A stretch of 64,000 nt of DNA from Candidatus Binatia bacterium (GCA_963664395.2 OY761159.2:1152001-1216000), one strand, 5' to 3'. Shown: positions 48,451 to 59,251, counted from the stretch's first letter. Translations and numbers: made by a program. Notes: generated from the letters alone by a model not told the origin.

Positions 48451-49395
48451 CTACGACCAAACAACTCGATGCCGCAGCTCTTCTCCCCGCACATAACGCC
48501 GTAAATTCTCCAGCCACAGTTCACCTACCCGCGGCAGATACAGCGGCGAGGTTGAGGCCGTATGCGGGGTGATAAACACATTCGGCATATTCCATAAGTC
48601 ATCGTCCGCCGGCCACGGTTCTGTGGGCAGGACATCGAGGCAGGCGTGTCGAATCGTTCCCGCCCGCAGCGCGTCTTTGAGCGCAGCAATATCGACGATG
48701 ACTCCCCGAGCAATATTGATCAGCGTAGCAGAGGATTTCATCACAGCCAGCGCATCCGCACCAATTAACCCGTACGTCCGGGAGGAGGCCGGAATGGCCA
48801 CAATGACAAAATCGGCCTCGGGAAGAAACCGGTGGAGGTCGGCCAGCGTGCCTTGTCGATCAACCCCGACCACGGGTTCGGTTGATTGACGGATGCCGAG
48901 AATCCGCATCCCAAAGCCGGTCAGCATGGCAACAATGCGACTGCCAATGGCACCGAGGCCGACGACCAGAGCGGTTTTGTCGCTCAAGCTTTCAAGCCCG
49001 AGTTCTTGCCAGCGATGCTGGCGTTGATGGGCGGACAATTCACCAAAACGTTTTGCCGACCACAGCACAAAGCCCACGGCAAACTCAGCCACCTCAGGCG
49101 CGTTTGTGCCGGGACTGTGGGAGACGAGCGCGCCTTTGGCCCGCATGGCATCATAAAAACGGCCGTCTGTCCCGGCGTCTTCGGTATGCGCCCAGCGTGG
49201 CTGAGGAAGCTGTATCGCGGTCTCTATGAATGTTTTGCGATACGCGTCGCCGGCTAACACGACGAGGTCGCAGTCATCCGGCGAGGCGGACCACGAGCCG
49301 TCCGGCTCAATCAAGGCCCAGCGCAGTTCCGGCACAATTGCGCGGGCTTGTTTTCCAAAACGGGCGAAAAATTCTCGGCCGGCGGCGACTTTCAT
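48451..49395 (-). CDS. D-2-hydroxyacid dehydrogenase
   Basis: VGLGAIG, INIARG, LDV...EP, ITPH. Confidence 0.88.
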   Translation of the reverse strand: MKVAAGREFFARFGKQARAIVPELRWALIEPDGSWSASPDDCDLVVLAGDAYRKTFIETAIQLPQPRWAHTEDAGTDGRFYDAMRAKGALVSHSPGTNAPEVAEFAVGFVLWSAKRFGELSAHQRQHRWQELGLESLSDKTALVVGLGAIGSRIVAMLTGFGMRILGIRQSTEPVVGVDRQGTLADLHRFLPEADFVIVAIPASSRTYGLIGADALAVMKSSATLINIARGVIVDIAALKDALRAGTIRHACLDVLPTEPWPADDDLWNMPNVFITPHTASTSPLYLPRVGELWLENLRRYVRGEELRHRVVWS

Positions 49396-49414
49396 CAGGC
49401 CCTCCCTTCAAGAT

Positions 49415-51889
49415 TTACGGCGCCGGCTGAAGCAGCGTCTTCTGCTCCGTCACCGCGCTAATCTTGTCTCGGGAATACAAAACGGGGAAATACTGCCCGC
49501 CGGCCCACAGACCGGACAGGTCGCGATAATGCGCATGGGCGGGGTCGCCAGCCTGTCCGGGTGTATTGATACCCAATGACCGGTTCCAGTCACTGAGGTC
49601 GGCGATCAGCCGAAAGGAAGCGCCCACCGTCTGCATATCCTCGCTGCCGGTATTATTGATCGTAAAGCTATCGCCACCGCGAGGAATGGGGCCAACTTCG
49701 AGCCGGGCTCGGAGTTCATCGTTCACCGCGGCGCTCAGCATGTGTTTGACAACGATGTGGTGGTAGGCTGTCTGGCCATACGTCCAGTGGTCCATGTTCG
49801 GGCCAAAGCGGGCGACGAGGGCTTGGACGGCGGTCTCAAAACTCTCACGCACAAATTGATCTCGTCCGGCGAGTGGATCAGGACCATAGCTCCCATCCGG
49901 CGCCAGCAGGCTGTTGATGACAGGCGTCAGAGTTGTGTCAGAAAAAGATTCCGGTTCGGGGACGTGCAGGTTCCGAAATTTCTCCCAGAGCTGCCGTTGC
50001 CAGGCAGCATAGATCCCCGCTGCAACGGACTCTTTATCAAGCACGAAATCCCACGCCCGGAGCTTTTTGACAGCCGCCCGGACGAGCGGGTCGGCTGACT
50101 CCAAATCTTTAAGAAACGGCACGAGCAAACGCGCCGGAATCGAATACTCGTCGTTTTGGAGCTGTATCATCTCACGGGCGGTCAGGCGGGTGCCTTGGGC
50201 CAGCACTTCCGCAATCCGGGCGAACCGATACGGCTCAAGCCAGAAATAGCTGATCGGATAGGGATAGCCGAGCGGCAGATTCTCCTGATTGGCGGTCGCA
50301 ATAAATCCTTCGGGCGGATTCAGACTATGCGGCAGTTCTTGAATCGGCACATAGCCGTCCCACTCAAAGCGTCCATCCCCAGGCACGGGAACGAGACCGT
50401 TCCAGTTCGGTCGTTGGGGAACGACACCGACCGCCTGCCAACCGATATTGCCCTGCGTATCGGCCCAGACCATGTTCTCTGAGGGCGCGCGTGAATATGC
50501 ACACGCCGCGCGAAATTCCTGCCACGTTTTAGCCTGATCCATGCGCAGGCTGGCCAGATACGGCACCCCACCGATATCGAGCCAAGCGGCCCGCAGGGCA
50601 AAGGCCAGGTGGCGTTTCGGGTCTTCTGCCAGGACGGGGCCATGCCGGGTATATTTCAGTTCCACTGCGGTTACGTCTTGGCCTTTGACAGGGACAGTCT
50701 CTTGGACAATACGCATGTCCTCCCATGCCCCCCGGTACCAATACTGATTCGCATTGTTTGGATTGGTCTTGTACACGTACAAGTCTTCGGCGTCGGTGGG
50801 GAAAATCGTCAGCCCCCAGGCTCCCTGCTCATTATGTCCGATGGAAACGCCGGGCAGATGGGGTTCACCGCCGCCGATCACGTTCCAGCCCGGCGCAACG
50901 AGATGTACCCAGTAGCGCAGCGAGGGCACGGCTATTGAACGGTGCGGGTCATTCACCAGAAGCGGCTGCCGAGAGAGTGTCTTGGTACCGCTCACTACCC
51001 AGTTGTTGCTCCCCTCGTCCGCGGCCCTTCCGGCGAGCGAGGCAGCCTGAGTGACGGCTTCGCTTGTAGCCGTTGCCCGGTTCTTTGGATCGACAATGTC
51101 TTCGGGCGCAAACTCGACGGCCGCACGCGCGGCTTGATAATATCGGAGAACGTCACTGGGAATCGTGGCCAGATCAAGCCCCTCGGGGCTAGTCAGCGCA
51201 GGGACGCCGGGATGCAGGTGCAGCATCATCCGAATCGCGTCGGGCGACATGGTTTGCAGCGCCTTTGCAATCAACACCTCAATTTCCAGATTGAGAAAGA
51301 TGCCGCCGATCCGTGCCAGCACGATGTCCGGCGTCCACGGCTGCGGGGTGATGCCCAGCAGGCCGAATTCGAGCGGCAAGAGATCGGGGTGTTCCCCCAC
51401 ATGCTGAATATAGGCGTTGATGCCCGTCACAAAAGCGGTGATAATTTCTTTTCCAGCCGGGTGGTAGAAGCCATACTCCTGCTCCAGGTCGCCGCGAAAG
51501 CGCAGCAGCCGCGCCCCGATATCGCGTTCCAAGGCTTTCGGCCCCTGGACCTCGGCCATTGTTCCAGTGACACGCCGTCGCCAGATCTCAAGCTGAAACA
51601 GGCGGTCTCGTGCGGCGTTATAGCCTTGGGCGAAAAACAGGTCGTGTTGATTCTTGGCATAGATATGGGCAATGCCCCAGCGGTCGGTCAGGATTTCGAC
51701 CGGCTCACGGAGACCGGAGACGCGCAGTGTTTCCATTCCATCCTCCTGAACGCTAGGCTGAGGCACGACCGCGGCTCGACCCAGGGGCGGAGTGAGCCAA
51801 GCGGCGACACACAAGAAGAGGGCAAGCAAAGATGCAGCTTTTGCAACCGTCGGCATAGTCGCTCCTGTCACCCGCCTAGTCTTGGTCAC
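49415..51889 (-). CDS. Penicillin acylase (S45 Ntn hydrolase) family protein
   Basis: DRWGIAHIYA, G^SNNWVV, NDPH, TRHGPV, ANQ, PGQAG. Confidence 0.92.
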   Translation of the reverse strand: MTKTRRVTGATMPTVAKAASLLALFLCVAAWLTPPLGRAAVVPQPSVQEDGMETLRVSGLREPVEILTDRWGIAHIYAKNQHDLFFAQGYNAARDRLFQLEIWRRRVTGTMAEVQGPKALERDIGARLLRFRGDLEQEYGFYHPAGKEIITAFVTGINAYIQHVGEHPDLLPLEFGLLGITPQPWTPDIVLARIGGIFLNLEIEVLIAKALQTMSPDAIRMMLHLHPGVPALTSPEGLDLATIPSDVLRYYQAARAAVEFAPEDIVDPKNRATATSEAVTQAASLAGRAADEGSNNWVVSGTKTLSRQPLLVNDPHRSIAVPSLRYWVHLVAPGWNVIGGGEPHLPGVSIGHNEQGAWGLTIFPTDAEDLYVYKTNPNNANQYWYRGAWEDMRIVQETVPVKGQDVTAVELKYTRHGPVLAEDPKRHLAFALRAAWLDIGGVPYLASLRMDQAKTWQEFRAACAYSRAPSENMVWADTQGNIGWQAVGVVPQRPNWNGLVPVPGDGRFEWDGYVPIQELPHSLNPPEGFIATANQENLPLGYPYPISYFWLEPYRFARIAEVLAQGTRLTAREMIQLQNDEYSIPARLLVPFLKDLESADPLVRAAVKKLRAWDFVLDKESVAAGIYAAWQRQLWEKFRNLHVPEPESFSDTTLTPVINSLLAPDGSYGPDPLAGRDQFVRESFETAVQALVARFGPNMDHWTYGQTAYHHIVVKHMLSAAVNDELRARLEVGPIPRGGDSFTINNTGSEDMQTVGASFRLIADLSDWNRSLGINTPGQAGDPAHAHYRDLSGLWAGGQYFPVLYSRDKISAVTEQKTLLQPAP

Positions 51890-52317
51890 GCCTCGTCAAT
51901 CGGTGGTAATACGTCGGGGGTGATCTGATAGCCGTCCGCCAACGCATTGGTGCTGTTGAACAGCGCCACAATGGCCATCACTTCGCCCAGCGTTTCGGTG
52001 TCACAGCCCAGCTTGCGCAGGGCCGCGGTGTGGGAGTTGATACAGTAGGCACAGCCGTTGGTGGCCGAAACGGCCAAAGCGATAATCTCCCGCGTGCGGG
52101 GATCGAGGGGCGATTCCCGGCCACTCGCCTCGGGGTGCATGAGCGCCTTCAGCCGGGTCCAGATCATCTCCAGATTATCCGGATGGCTGGCCAGCACCCG
52201 CCAGAAATTCGGCACTGCCGGAATGCCCTTGGTGGCTTTGATGTCGGCATAAATCTCCGCGACTTTACCGCTGGATTCTTCTTCCGCGACCATGCGCACA
52301 GTTGCAGCCTGTGTCAT
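51886..52317 (-). CDS. AhpD/carboxymuconolactone decarboxylase family protein
   Basis: REIIALAVSATNGCAYCINSH. Confidence 0.9.
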   Translation of the reverse strand: MTQAATVRMVAEEESSGKVAEIYADIKATKGIPAVPNFWRVLASHPDNLEMIWTRLKALMHPEASGRESPLDPRTREIIALAVSATNGCAYCINSHTAALRKLGCDTETLGEVMAIVALFNSTNALADGYQITPDVLPPIDEA

Positions 52318-52476
52318 AACACTCCCTCCCTCGCCCCTTCAGATTGCTGCGCTCAGGGTGTCCCAAAAAGAAACAGAAAGAAAGGGCGGAGGATACGCCG
52401 GAGGATTGCCAGAGTACAGCGAGAGAGTTGCGGCCGTGTCAGAAATTCCGTACAGCAGTCTCTAAGGAGGGTACAT

Positions 52477-53439
52477 ATGGCGATTCTGATTACTGGAGGC
52501 ACCGGGTTTTTGGGCCGGCATTTGACACGGCATTTGGTTCAGTCGGGCGAGAGTGTCGTCATTCTCGATACCGTGCCGAATCGGCAGGTTGTCGCTGACG
52601 TGGCCGACCAAGTAAAGGTTTTGCAGGGTGATGTCATGGAAGTGACCGCGCTCATGGACGTGATCCAGCGCAATAAAATTGAAGGGGTTATTCACCTCGC
52701 CTACTATCTGGGGACCGGCGGCATCCGCAATCCGCTGCCGTCGATTAACGTGAACTGTATTGGCACGACACATATCTTTGAGGCCGCCCGGCTGAGCGGC
52801 CTCAAGCGCGTGGTGTATATGAGTTCGGTCGCGGTGTTTCCCGAGCGCACGGCCAACAGCGCCCCGGAGTTGGGCGAAGACGACCCGCCCGCGCCGTCCA
52901 CCAGCAACCAGGCCGGCCTGTACGGCGCGTGTAAGTTATTCAACGAGCATACCGCAGACTATTACAATCACGCCTATGGCATGGACTTTATTGCGATCCG
53001 GCCGACCTCGGTGTTTGGCGAGGGACGCGGCCAACGCCGGGGGGCAGCGGGGGATCATTTTATGGTGGCACCGGAGTTGGCCTTGCTCGGCAAGCCGGTC
53101 GTTATGCCGCCGGACGAGCAGATTGCCGACTGGCTGTACGTGGCCGATGCCGCAGAGGTCTTTCGCCGGGCGTATCACCTCGAAAACCCGCAATCCCGCG
53201 TGTTCAACATGGCCGGCCCCAGCCGCAAGACGGGCGAGATTACGGCCTATCTGCGCGAGCTGCTACCCGCCGCCAATATCTCAGTCAGTGATAAACCCAC
53301 AGCCATGACCTCACTGGTCAAAACCGACCGTCTACGGACCGAACTGGGCTTCACACCCAAGTATACGGTCGAGGACGGCATCCTGGCTTATTTGAACGAC
53401 GTGCGCAAACGCGAAGGAATGCCACTGGAGCCACGGTAG
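52477..53439 (+). CDS. NAD-dependent epimerase/dehydratase
   Basis: TGGTGFLG, SS.AV, YGACK; AAGGAGG RBS. Confidence 0.9.
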   Translation: MAILITGGTGFLGRHLTRHLVQSGESVVILDTVPNRQVVADVADQVKVLQGDVMEVTALMDVIQRNKIEGVIHLAYYLGTGGIRNPLPSINVNCIGTTHIFEAARLSGLKRVVYMSSVAVFPERTANSAPELGEDDPPAPSTSNQAGLYGACKLFNEHTADYYNHAYGMDFIAIRPTSVFGEGRGQRRGAAGDHFMVAPELALLGKPVVMPPDEQIADWLYVADAAEVFRRAYHLENPQSRVFNMAGPSRKTGEITAYLRELLPAANISVSDKPTAMTSLVKTDRLRTELGFTPKYTVEDGILAYLNDVRKREGMPLEPR

Positions 53440-53524
53440 GACTGAGTTTTTCCCTGGAATCGTGCCATCCGCCGCCATAGCGTTATTGGCTGTCAGGCGT
53501 GTCTTCTGGCAGTGGTACCAAGAT

Positions 53525-53556
53525 TACATGCACTGAGTCCTGACTCAGTGCATGTA
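53525..53556. repeat. Perfect 15-bp inverted repeat between convergent genes
   Basis: TACATGCACTGAGTC-CT-GACTCAGTGCATGTA. Confidence 0.8.
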
Positions 53557-53641
53557 CGGTACCGCACTGGAGCCCCCTCTATCGCAGCATGGAACGCTCC
53601 TTCCCGAAGATGAACGAGACACGCCGCTTACCTCTTGACGA

Positions 53642-54085
53642 TTAGAATTCCGGTGTCCCCGGCGTGGTAGAGATCTTCGTCACCTTCTCCTCAGCGTCGT
53701 AGGAGACGGTAAGCGTAAAGGTTTCGCCTGTGAACCCTTCAACCGGGGTGCCGATAATCTCCCACGCCCCGAGGGTGAGCACGTCCATGACGGCATGGCC
53801 GACCGCTCGTCCAGTAGACGGCTGGTTCCCGCGTTGCAGATGAAACTCGTCTGTCCGTCCATCTGCGACTGCAAACGTTTTCGTCGGCTGCCCAAGATGC
53901 AGCAGGACTTCATCTCGTGGCTGTCCGATGCGCAACGCCCCTGTGTTGGGATCAGGCTTACCAGACATAGCCATGCCGACCGAACACGAGGGCAGGAACA
54001 GCAGCAGGACACCGCCCACCACAAGCACGACTAACGCCCCGCTATGGTATCTTAAAGCATAAAGGTACCTTGTCCAGTCGGGCAT
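53642..54085 (-). CDS. Putative lipoprotein (SmpA/BamE-like fold)
   Basis: Hydrophobic segment with LPSC lipobox; IGQPRDEVLLHLGQP; DVLTLGAWEIIGTPVEG. Confidence 0.65.
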   Translation of the reverse strand: MPDWTRYLYALRYHSGALVVLVVGGVLLLFLPSCSVGMAMSGKPDPNTGALRIGQPRDEVLLHLGQPTKTFAVADGRTDEFHLQRGNQPSTGRAVGHAVMDVLTLGAWEIIGTPVEGFTGETFTLTVSYDAEEKVTKISTTPGTPEF

Positions 54086-54471
54086 ATCCCTCTCCTGTGT
54101 CTGATACTGAGTACCCGGCAGTTGCCGGGCCGTGTTCACGTCATAACAGCGAATGGAGTAAAGCCCTGCCTGTTTCACCCCGACGCGGTTAGCTACTCCC
54201 GAGTCATACAGTGCTTGTTGTATTGAGCAGGCGACCCGACTCAGCGGGTTCACTGCGAGACGTGAGCGGGCATAATGCGAGAAATCGTATTGATTGTCAA
54301 AACCGGTCGGCCTGCGTTCCGTAATCCAAAGTGAGGCACTCCCGTTTGGTGCTTTTACTGGACCCGCCAGAAGTACGGCTACAAATTGGACAATATCGTT
54401 ACTCTGGCTTATTCTGATTCGCAGTATCGGAAAACGGTCTAGAGATTTTTTCAGAGGATACGTGAAGTGCT

Positions 54472-55710
54472 ATGACCTCCGGCCACCGGCAATACCCCCC
54501 GGCGCGTATTGAGTCCCTGAAAGTGCAGAATTTCCGAGCGCTACGGGAAGTCGAGTTTAAGAACATCACGCCCATGACCGTGCTGCTTGGCCCCAATGGC
54601 AGCGGCAAGTCTACGGTTTTTGACGTATTCGCGTTTCTGGCCGAGTGCTTTGAGTTGGGGCTGCGCCGGGCTTGGGATAAGCGCGGGCGGGCCAGGGAAC
54701 TCAAGACGCGCGGCGCACAGGGACCGGTAACCATCGAGATCAAGTATCGTGAGCCCGGCTACCCGCTCATCACCTATCATCTGGCCGTTGATGAACGCGA
54801 CCGCGCGCCGGTGGTCGTGGAAGAGTGGCTGCGCTGGAAGCGGGGGAGTCGTGGGCAACCGTTTCGTTTCCTGGAATACGCACGCGGCCAAGGCCGAGCG
54901 GTTAGTGGCGAGATGCCGGACAAACAAGACAGGAGGGTAGATATTTCGCTCAAATCCCCTGACTTGCTGGCAGTCAACGCGCTTGGACAGTTCGCCGCGC
55001 ACCCGCGAGTAGCCGCGCTACGGGATTTTATCACCGGCTGGCATGTGTCCTATCTGTCGGCCGACAGCGCACGCGGGCAACCCGAGGCGGGCCCCCAGGA
55101 ACGGCTGAGCAAAACGGGCGACAATCTCGCCAACGTCATTCAATACCTGGCCGAACAGCATCCGGAACGCCTGGAGAGCATCTTCAGCGTCCTGCGCCGG
55201 CGGGTGCCGCGTATTGAGCGCGTGCTGACCGAGACTATGCCCGACGGGCGCTTGCTGTTGCAGATCAAGGACGCCCCCTTCAACAATCCGGTGCTGGCCC
55301 GTTTCGCTTCCGACGGCACCCTGAAGATGCTGGCCTATCTGGTTCTGCTATACGACCCCGAACCGCCGCCCTTTATTGGCATCGAAGAACCGGAGAACTT
55401 CCTGCACCCACGGTTGCTGTCCGAACTAGCCGAGGAATGCCGCGCGGCCAGTGAGCGCACGCAGTTGCTCGTGACTACCCATTCGCCATTTTTCCTGAAC
55501 GCTTTGCAGCCCAAAGAAGCGCGGGTCCTGTGGCGTGATGAGCAGGGCTATACACAGTCGCAACACGTGCCGGATTTACCTACGGTACGTGACTTCCTGG
55601 AGCACGGCGGGCTGCTGGGGAACTTGTGGATGGAGGGATATTTCGGCGTGGGTGATCCGCTGGTCAATCAAGGTGCGCCGACCGCTCCTCCACGAGGACC
55701 CGAGCGGTGA
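54472..55710 (+). CDS. AAA_21 ABC-type ATPase
   Basis: [33 protein letters not shown]. Confidence 0.9.
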   Translation: MTSGHRQYPPARIESLKVQNFRALREVEFKNITPMTVLLGPNGSGKSTVFDVFAFLAECFELGLRRAWDKRGRARELKTRGAQGPVTIEIKYREPGYPLITYHLAVDERDRAPVVVEEWLRWKRGSRGQPFRFLEYARGQGRAVSGEMPDKQDRRVDISLKSPDLLAVNALGQFAAHPRVAALRDFITGWHVSYLSADSARGQPEAGPQERLSKTGDNLANVIQYLAEQHPERLESIFSVLRRRVPRIERVLTETMPDGRLLLQIKDAPFNNPVLARFASDGTLKMLAYLVLLYDPEPPPFIGIEEPENFLHPRLLSELAEECRAASERTQLLVTTHSPFFLNALQPKEARVLWRDEQGYTQSQHVPDLPTVRDFLEHGGLLGNLWMEGYFGVGDPLVNQGAPTAPPRGPER

Positions 55711-56333
55711 TTGCCAGACACTTGGAATTGCTCGTTGAAGAGCCCTCAATGGAAGTGTTTCTGCGAGAACTCCTGCCGCGCATTTTGTCCGCAGACTGTG
55801 ATTTCGAGATTCATCCGTTTCAGGGAAAACTCGACCTGCTAGGCAATTTAGGAAATCGTTTGAGGGGCTACGCGCAGTGGTTGCCCGACGACTGGCGCAT
55901 CCTTGTGATAGTGGACCGCGATGACGATGACTGCCGGCAACTCAAGCAGCGGCTAGAAGATGTAGCGTCAGGAGCGAATCTACGCACGAGATCGCAAGCG
56001 GGAGGGCGGCCTTGGCAATTGGTCAATCGCGTTGTCATTGAAGAGTTGGAGGCGTGGTATTTCGGTGACTGGGAGGCTGTGCGTAGCGCCTATCCAAGAG
56101 TATCGCCGACCGTTCCGAATCAAAGCCGTTATCGCAATCCTGACTCAGTCCAGGGTGGAACCTGGGAGGCGTTCGAGCGAATACTGAAAGGGCGTGGGTA
56201 TTTCAGGACAGGATTACGCAAGATGGAAGCAGCGCGGACCGTTGCCGCCTATATTGACCCGGCGCGGAACCGTTCGCACAGCTTTACAAAATTCCGCGAC
56301 GCTCTCGTCGAGGCGACATCTTGTCAGCAGTGA
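55707..56333 (+). CDS. DUF4276 family (TOPRIM-like) protein
   Basis: [36 protein letters not shown]; GTGA overlap with the ATPase. Confidence 0.85.
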   Translation: MIARHLELLVEEPSMEVFLRELLPRILSADCDFEIHPFQGKLDLLGNLGNRLRGYAQWLPDDWRILVIVDRDDDDCRQLKQRLEDVASGANLRTRSQAGGRPWQLVNRVVIEELEAWYFGDWEAVRSAYPRVSPTVPNQSRYRNPDSVQGGTWEAFERILKGRGYFRTGLRKMEAARTVAAYIDPARNRSHSFTKFRDALVEATSCQQ

Positions 56334-56374
56334 AACCTGCTCGATAGACGGTGTAACGATTTGAGAGGGAAAGT

Positions 56375-57439
56375 ATGGACTTCGGAGTTGGCTTTCAGTC
56401 GCATATTCACAACGGATGGAAACACGCCCTGCTGGCCGAGCAGATGGGGTTTACGCATGCCTGGTTTGTGGACTCGCAGTTGATCACCTCGGATGTGTAT
56501 GCCTGCATGACCCTGGCCGCCGCGCATACAACAACAATTCGACTCGGAACCGGCGTCACCATTGTGGGGACGCGGATTCCACCCGTCATTGCGCATTCTA
56601 TTGCCACCATCAATCAGCTTGCGCCCGGTCGGGTGATTCTCGGTCTGGGCACCGGTCATACGGCCTGGCGGACCATGGGCATGCCACCGGTTTCGCTCGC
56701 AGAGTTCCGGCATGCGGTCGAGGTTTGCCAGGGTCTGCTCCGGGGTGAGACTGTCCCCTATCACGAGCGCGGCCGGCAGGGCCGGATTCGGTTCATGGAT
56801 GTCGAACACGGCTATATCAACGTGCATGAGCGCATCCCCATCTATCTGGCGGCCTCGCATCCCAAGGCTCAGGCGCTGGCCGGTGAGCTGGGCGACGGCC
56901 TGTTGACCCTGAGCCTGCTCTCGCCCGAGTCGCTCAGCCGTAATCTGGCGTCGGTCGCAAGGGGCTGGGAGAGCCGGGCCGGCGGGAAACCGGCCGACTT
57001 CGGTGTGGTCACGCTCGGCATCTCCTGCGTGTTGCAACCCGGCGAGGCCGTGAATAGTCCGCGTGTGTTGTCGCGGGTCGGCCCGCGCATTGCGGTGTCC
57101 CTGCACTATGCCTATGAAGTCGCCAAACAGGGCAAAGCGGTGCCGCCTTTTTTACAGCCCTTTCTGACTCCGGACTACCAGCGCTACCTGGACGACCGCT
57201 GGGAAGACATTCATGCCACGCATTCACGCTTTCTGCATCCGGGCGAAGAAAAATTCATCACCCCCGAGACCATTCGGGCCATGAGCCTGACCGGCTCGCG
57301 CGATGAAATTCTCGAACGCCTGGTTCAGCTTGAAGCCGCCGGACTCACCCAGATGGTTGTCTCACCCCCGTGGGGCCTGGTGGAGGAAAGCATCGTGGAG
57401 TTCGCCCGAGAGATTATCGGACCGTATAGAAACCGATAA
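56375..57439 (+). CDS. LLM-class flavin-dependent oxidoreductase
   Basis: AEQMGF..AW..DSQ, RLGTGV, PGRVILGLGTG, AGELGDG. Confidence 0.9.
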   Translation: MDFGVGFQSHIHNGWKHALLAEQMGFTHAWFVDSQLITSDVYACMTLAAAHTTTIRLGTGVTIVGTRIPPVIAHSIATINQLAPGRVILGLGTGHTAWRTMGMPPVSLAEFRHAVEVCQGLLRGETVPYHERGRQGRIRFMDVEHGYINVHERIPIYLAASHPKAQALAGELGDGLLTLSLLSPESLSRNLASVARGWESRAGGKPADFGVVTLGISCVLQPGEAVNSPRVLSRVGPRIAVSLHYAYEVAKQGKAVPPFLQPFLTPDYQRYLDDRWEDIHATHSRFLHPGEEKFITPETIRAMSLTGSRDEILERLVQLEAAGLTQMVVSPPWGLVEESIVEFAREIIGPYRNR

Positions 57440-57529
57440 CCGAGCGGACATCACTTGATTTCGCCGAGGGGTTTGGAATCAGGGGCTGAAACCGCTAGGC
57501 TGAGAGCCACTCTCTCGGAAGGACAAAAT

Positions 57530-58378
57530 ATGGATACGACGCAGGGCGAAGCAGTACGCTATGAACAGGTCGGACATATAGGTTGGCTGCGGCTCAACCG
57601 GGCGGACAAGCTGAACGCCATGACGCCCCAGATGTGGCAGGAGTTACGGGAACTCGGCCATACCCTGTCTACCGAAGCGCACGCGCGCGAAAACCAGTTA
57701 CGGGTGCTGGTCGTGATTGGCGAAGGCCGCGCGTTCTCGACCGGCATCGATACTGCGGCCTTTGGCGGCACGGCCTTTGGCGGACACGAACGCGAGCCCG
57801 TGCCCGAGGTGGTGGCCGACGATGATCCCATGGTGACCATTATCCAGGGCTTTCAGGAGGCATTCACCTGGCTTGAAGAAGCTCCCTATCCGACCATTGC
57901 CGCGGTCCGAGGCTATGCTTTAGGCGCGGGCATGCAGATGGCGCTGGCCTGCGATATCCGGGTGGTCGCCCGCGGCAGCCGGCTGGGCTTGCTGGAGCAT
58001 CGCTACGGCCTCATCCCCGACCTGGGCGGCACCCAACGCCTGCCCCGGCTGGTCGGCAGCGGCAAGGCCAAGGAACTCATCTTCACCGCCCAGCAGATTG
58101 AGGCGGAAGAGGCATATCGGATCGGTCTGGCCGAACAGCTCGTTGACGACGAGGCATTGGAGGCGACCGTGACGAGCCTGGCGGAACAACTGGCCAGCCA
58201 GCCGCCGCTGGCCGTGCGCGCTGCCAAGCGGGCGATTGATGCCAGTCAACATCTTTCAGTCCGTGACGGATTACTGCTGGAAGCCAAGAGCCAGGCCGTC
58301 TGCATTCGCTCCCAGGATGCCAAAGAAGCGGTTCGAGCGTTTATGGAAAAACGGATGCCCCAGTACTCAGGACAGTAA
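57530..58378 (+). CDS. Enoyl-CoA hydratase/isomerase
   Basis: LNRADKLNA, AFSTGID, GYALGAG, PDLGGTQRLPRLVG. Confidence 0.92.
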   Translation: MDTTQGEAVRYEQVGHIGWLRLNRADKLNAMTPQMWQELRELGHTLSTEAHARENQLRVLVVIGEGRAFSTGIDTAAFGGTAFGGHEREPVPEVVADDDPMVTIIQGFQEAFTWLEEAPYPTIAAVRGYALGAGMQMALACDIRVVARGSRLGLLEHRYGLIPDLGGTQRLPRLVGSGKAKELIFTAQQIEAEEAYRIGLAEQLVDDEALEATVTSLAEQLASQPPLAVRAAKRAIDASQHLSVRDGLLLEAKSQAVCIRSQDAKEAVRAFMEKRMPQYSGQ

Positions 58379-58410
58379 TCGTACTCTGGACAGGAAAAGG
58401 AGGCGGGACA

Positions 58411-59232
58411 ATGACAGACCACGGCTATGCCCGACCGGATATGCTGGCAGAGACCCAATGGCTCGCGGCGCATCTCCAGGACGATAACCTGCGAATCGTC
58501 GATTGTGATAATCGTGAAGCCTACCGTCGCGCCCATATTCCGGGCGCGATTCCCGTGCGCGGCCATCACTATCTCAAGGAGAAAGAAGGCGCAGCGCATA
58601 TCATGGGTCCGGACCAGTTTGCGCAGACCATGGGTGAGATGGGCATTGGGGATGACACGCTGGTGATTGCCTATGATGGCTTCAGCGGTCTGTACGCTAC
58701 CCGCTTCTGGTGGGCGCTGCACTATTACGGCCACACCAATGCCAGAGTGTTGAACGGCGGCTGGGAGGCCTGGCTGGCCGAGGGGCGGTCCGTGACAAAC
58801 GCCTCGTCCCGTCCGGCCAAGGCGAGCTTTACGCCCCAGGCCAATGAGGACCTGATCGCCCGCTGGGAACAGGTCCAGGCGGCCATTGCCTCTGATAGCG
58901 TGATTCTCGATGTGCGCTCGGATGCGGAGTGGAGCGGCGAAAATGCCCGTGGCACCAAGCGTGGCGGGCGGATTCCCGGCGCGGTCCATCTCGAATGGCT
59001 CAACTATATTGACCCCAAGACAAAGAAGTTCAAACCCGCGGACGAACTCCGCCCCCTGTTTGAGCAGGTCGGGGTCAGACCCGAGTGTGAGGTCGTCACC
59101 TATTGACAGGGCGGCATCCGTGCGGCGCACGGATTGTTCACCCTGCGGCTGCTCGGTTTTGACAAGGTGCGCAATTACGATGCCTCCTGGGCCGAATGGG
59201 GCAATCGCGAGGATCTCCCACTGGAGAAGTAG
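58411..59232 (+). CDS. Two-domain rhodanese/3-mercaptopyruvate sulfurtransferase with in-frame UGA (probable selenocysteine) at the catalytic position, 273 aa
   Basis: HIPGA, LNGG..AW, DVRS..E, GRIPGA, then VVTY-TGA(59104-59106)-QGGIRAAH...[11 protein letters not shown]...TAG; the rhodanese C-terminal signature lies after the UGA. Confidence 0.85.
59107..59145 (+). promoter_or_regulatory. Putative bacterial SECIS element
   Basis: CAGGG...ATCCGTGC-GGC-GCACGGAT...CCCTG hairpin directly after the UGA; G-initiated apical loop about 17 nt downstream. Confidence 0.7.
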
Positions 59233-59251
59233 GCACGCTGCGTGTCTTCAT

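Noticed and set aside
58910-59251. 5' extension of the 411-aa ORF overlapping the sulfurtransferase
   Set aside because: This region is the sulfurtransferase C-terminus in another frame; the signal-peptide start at 59252 fits better.
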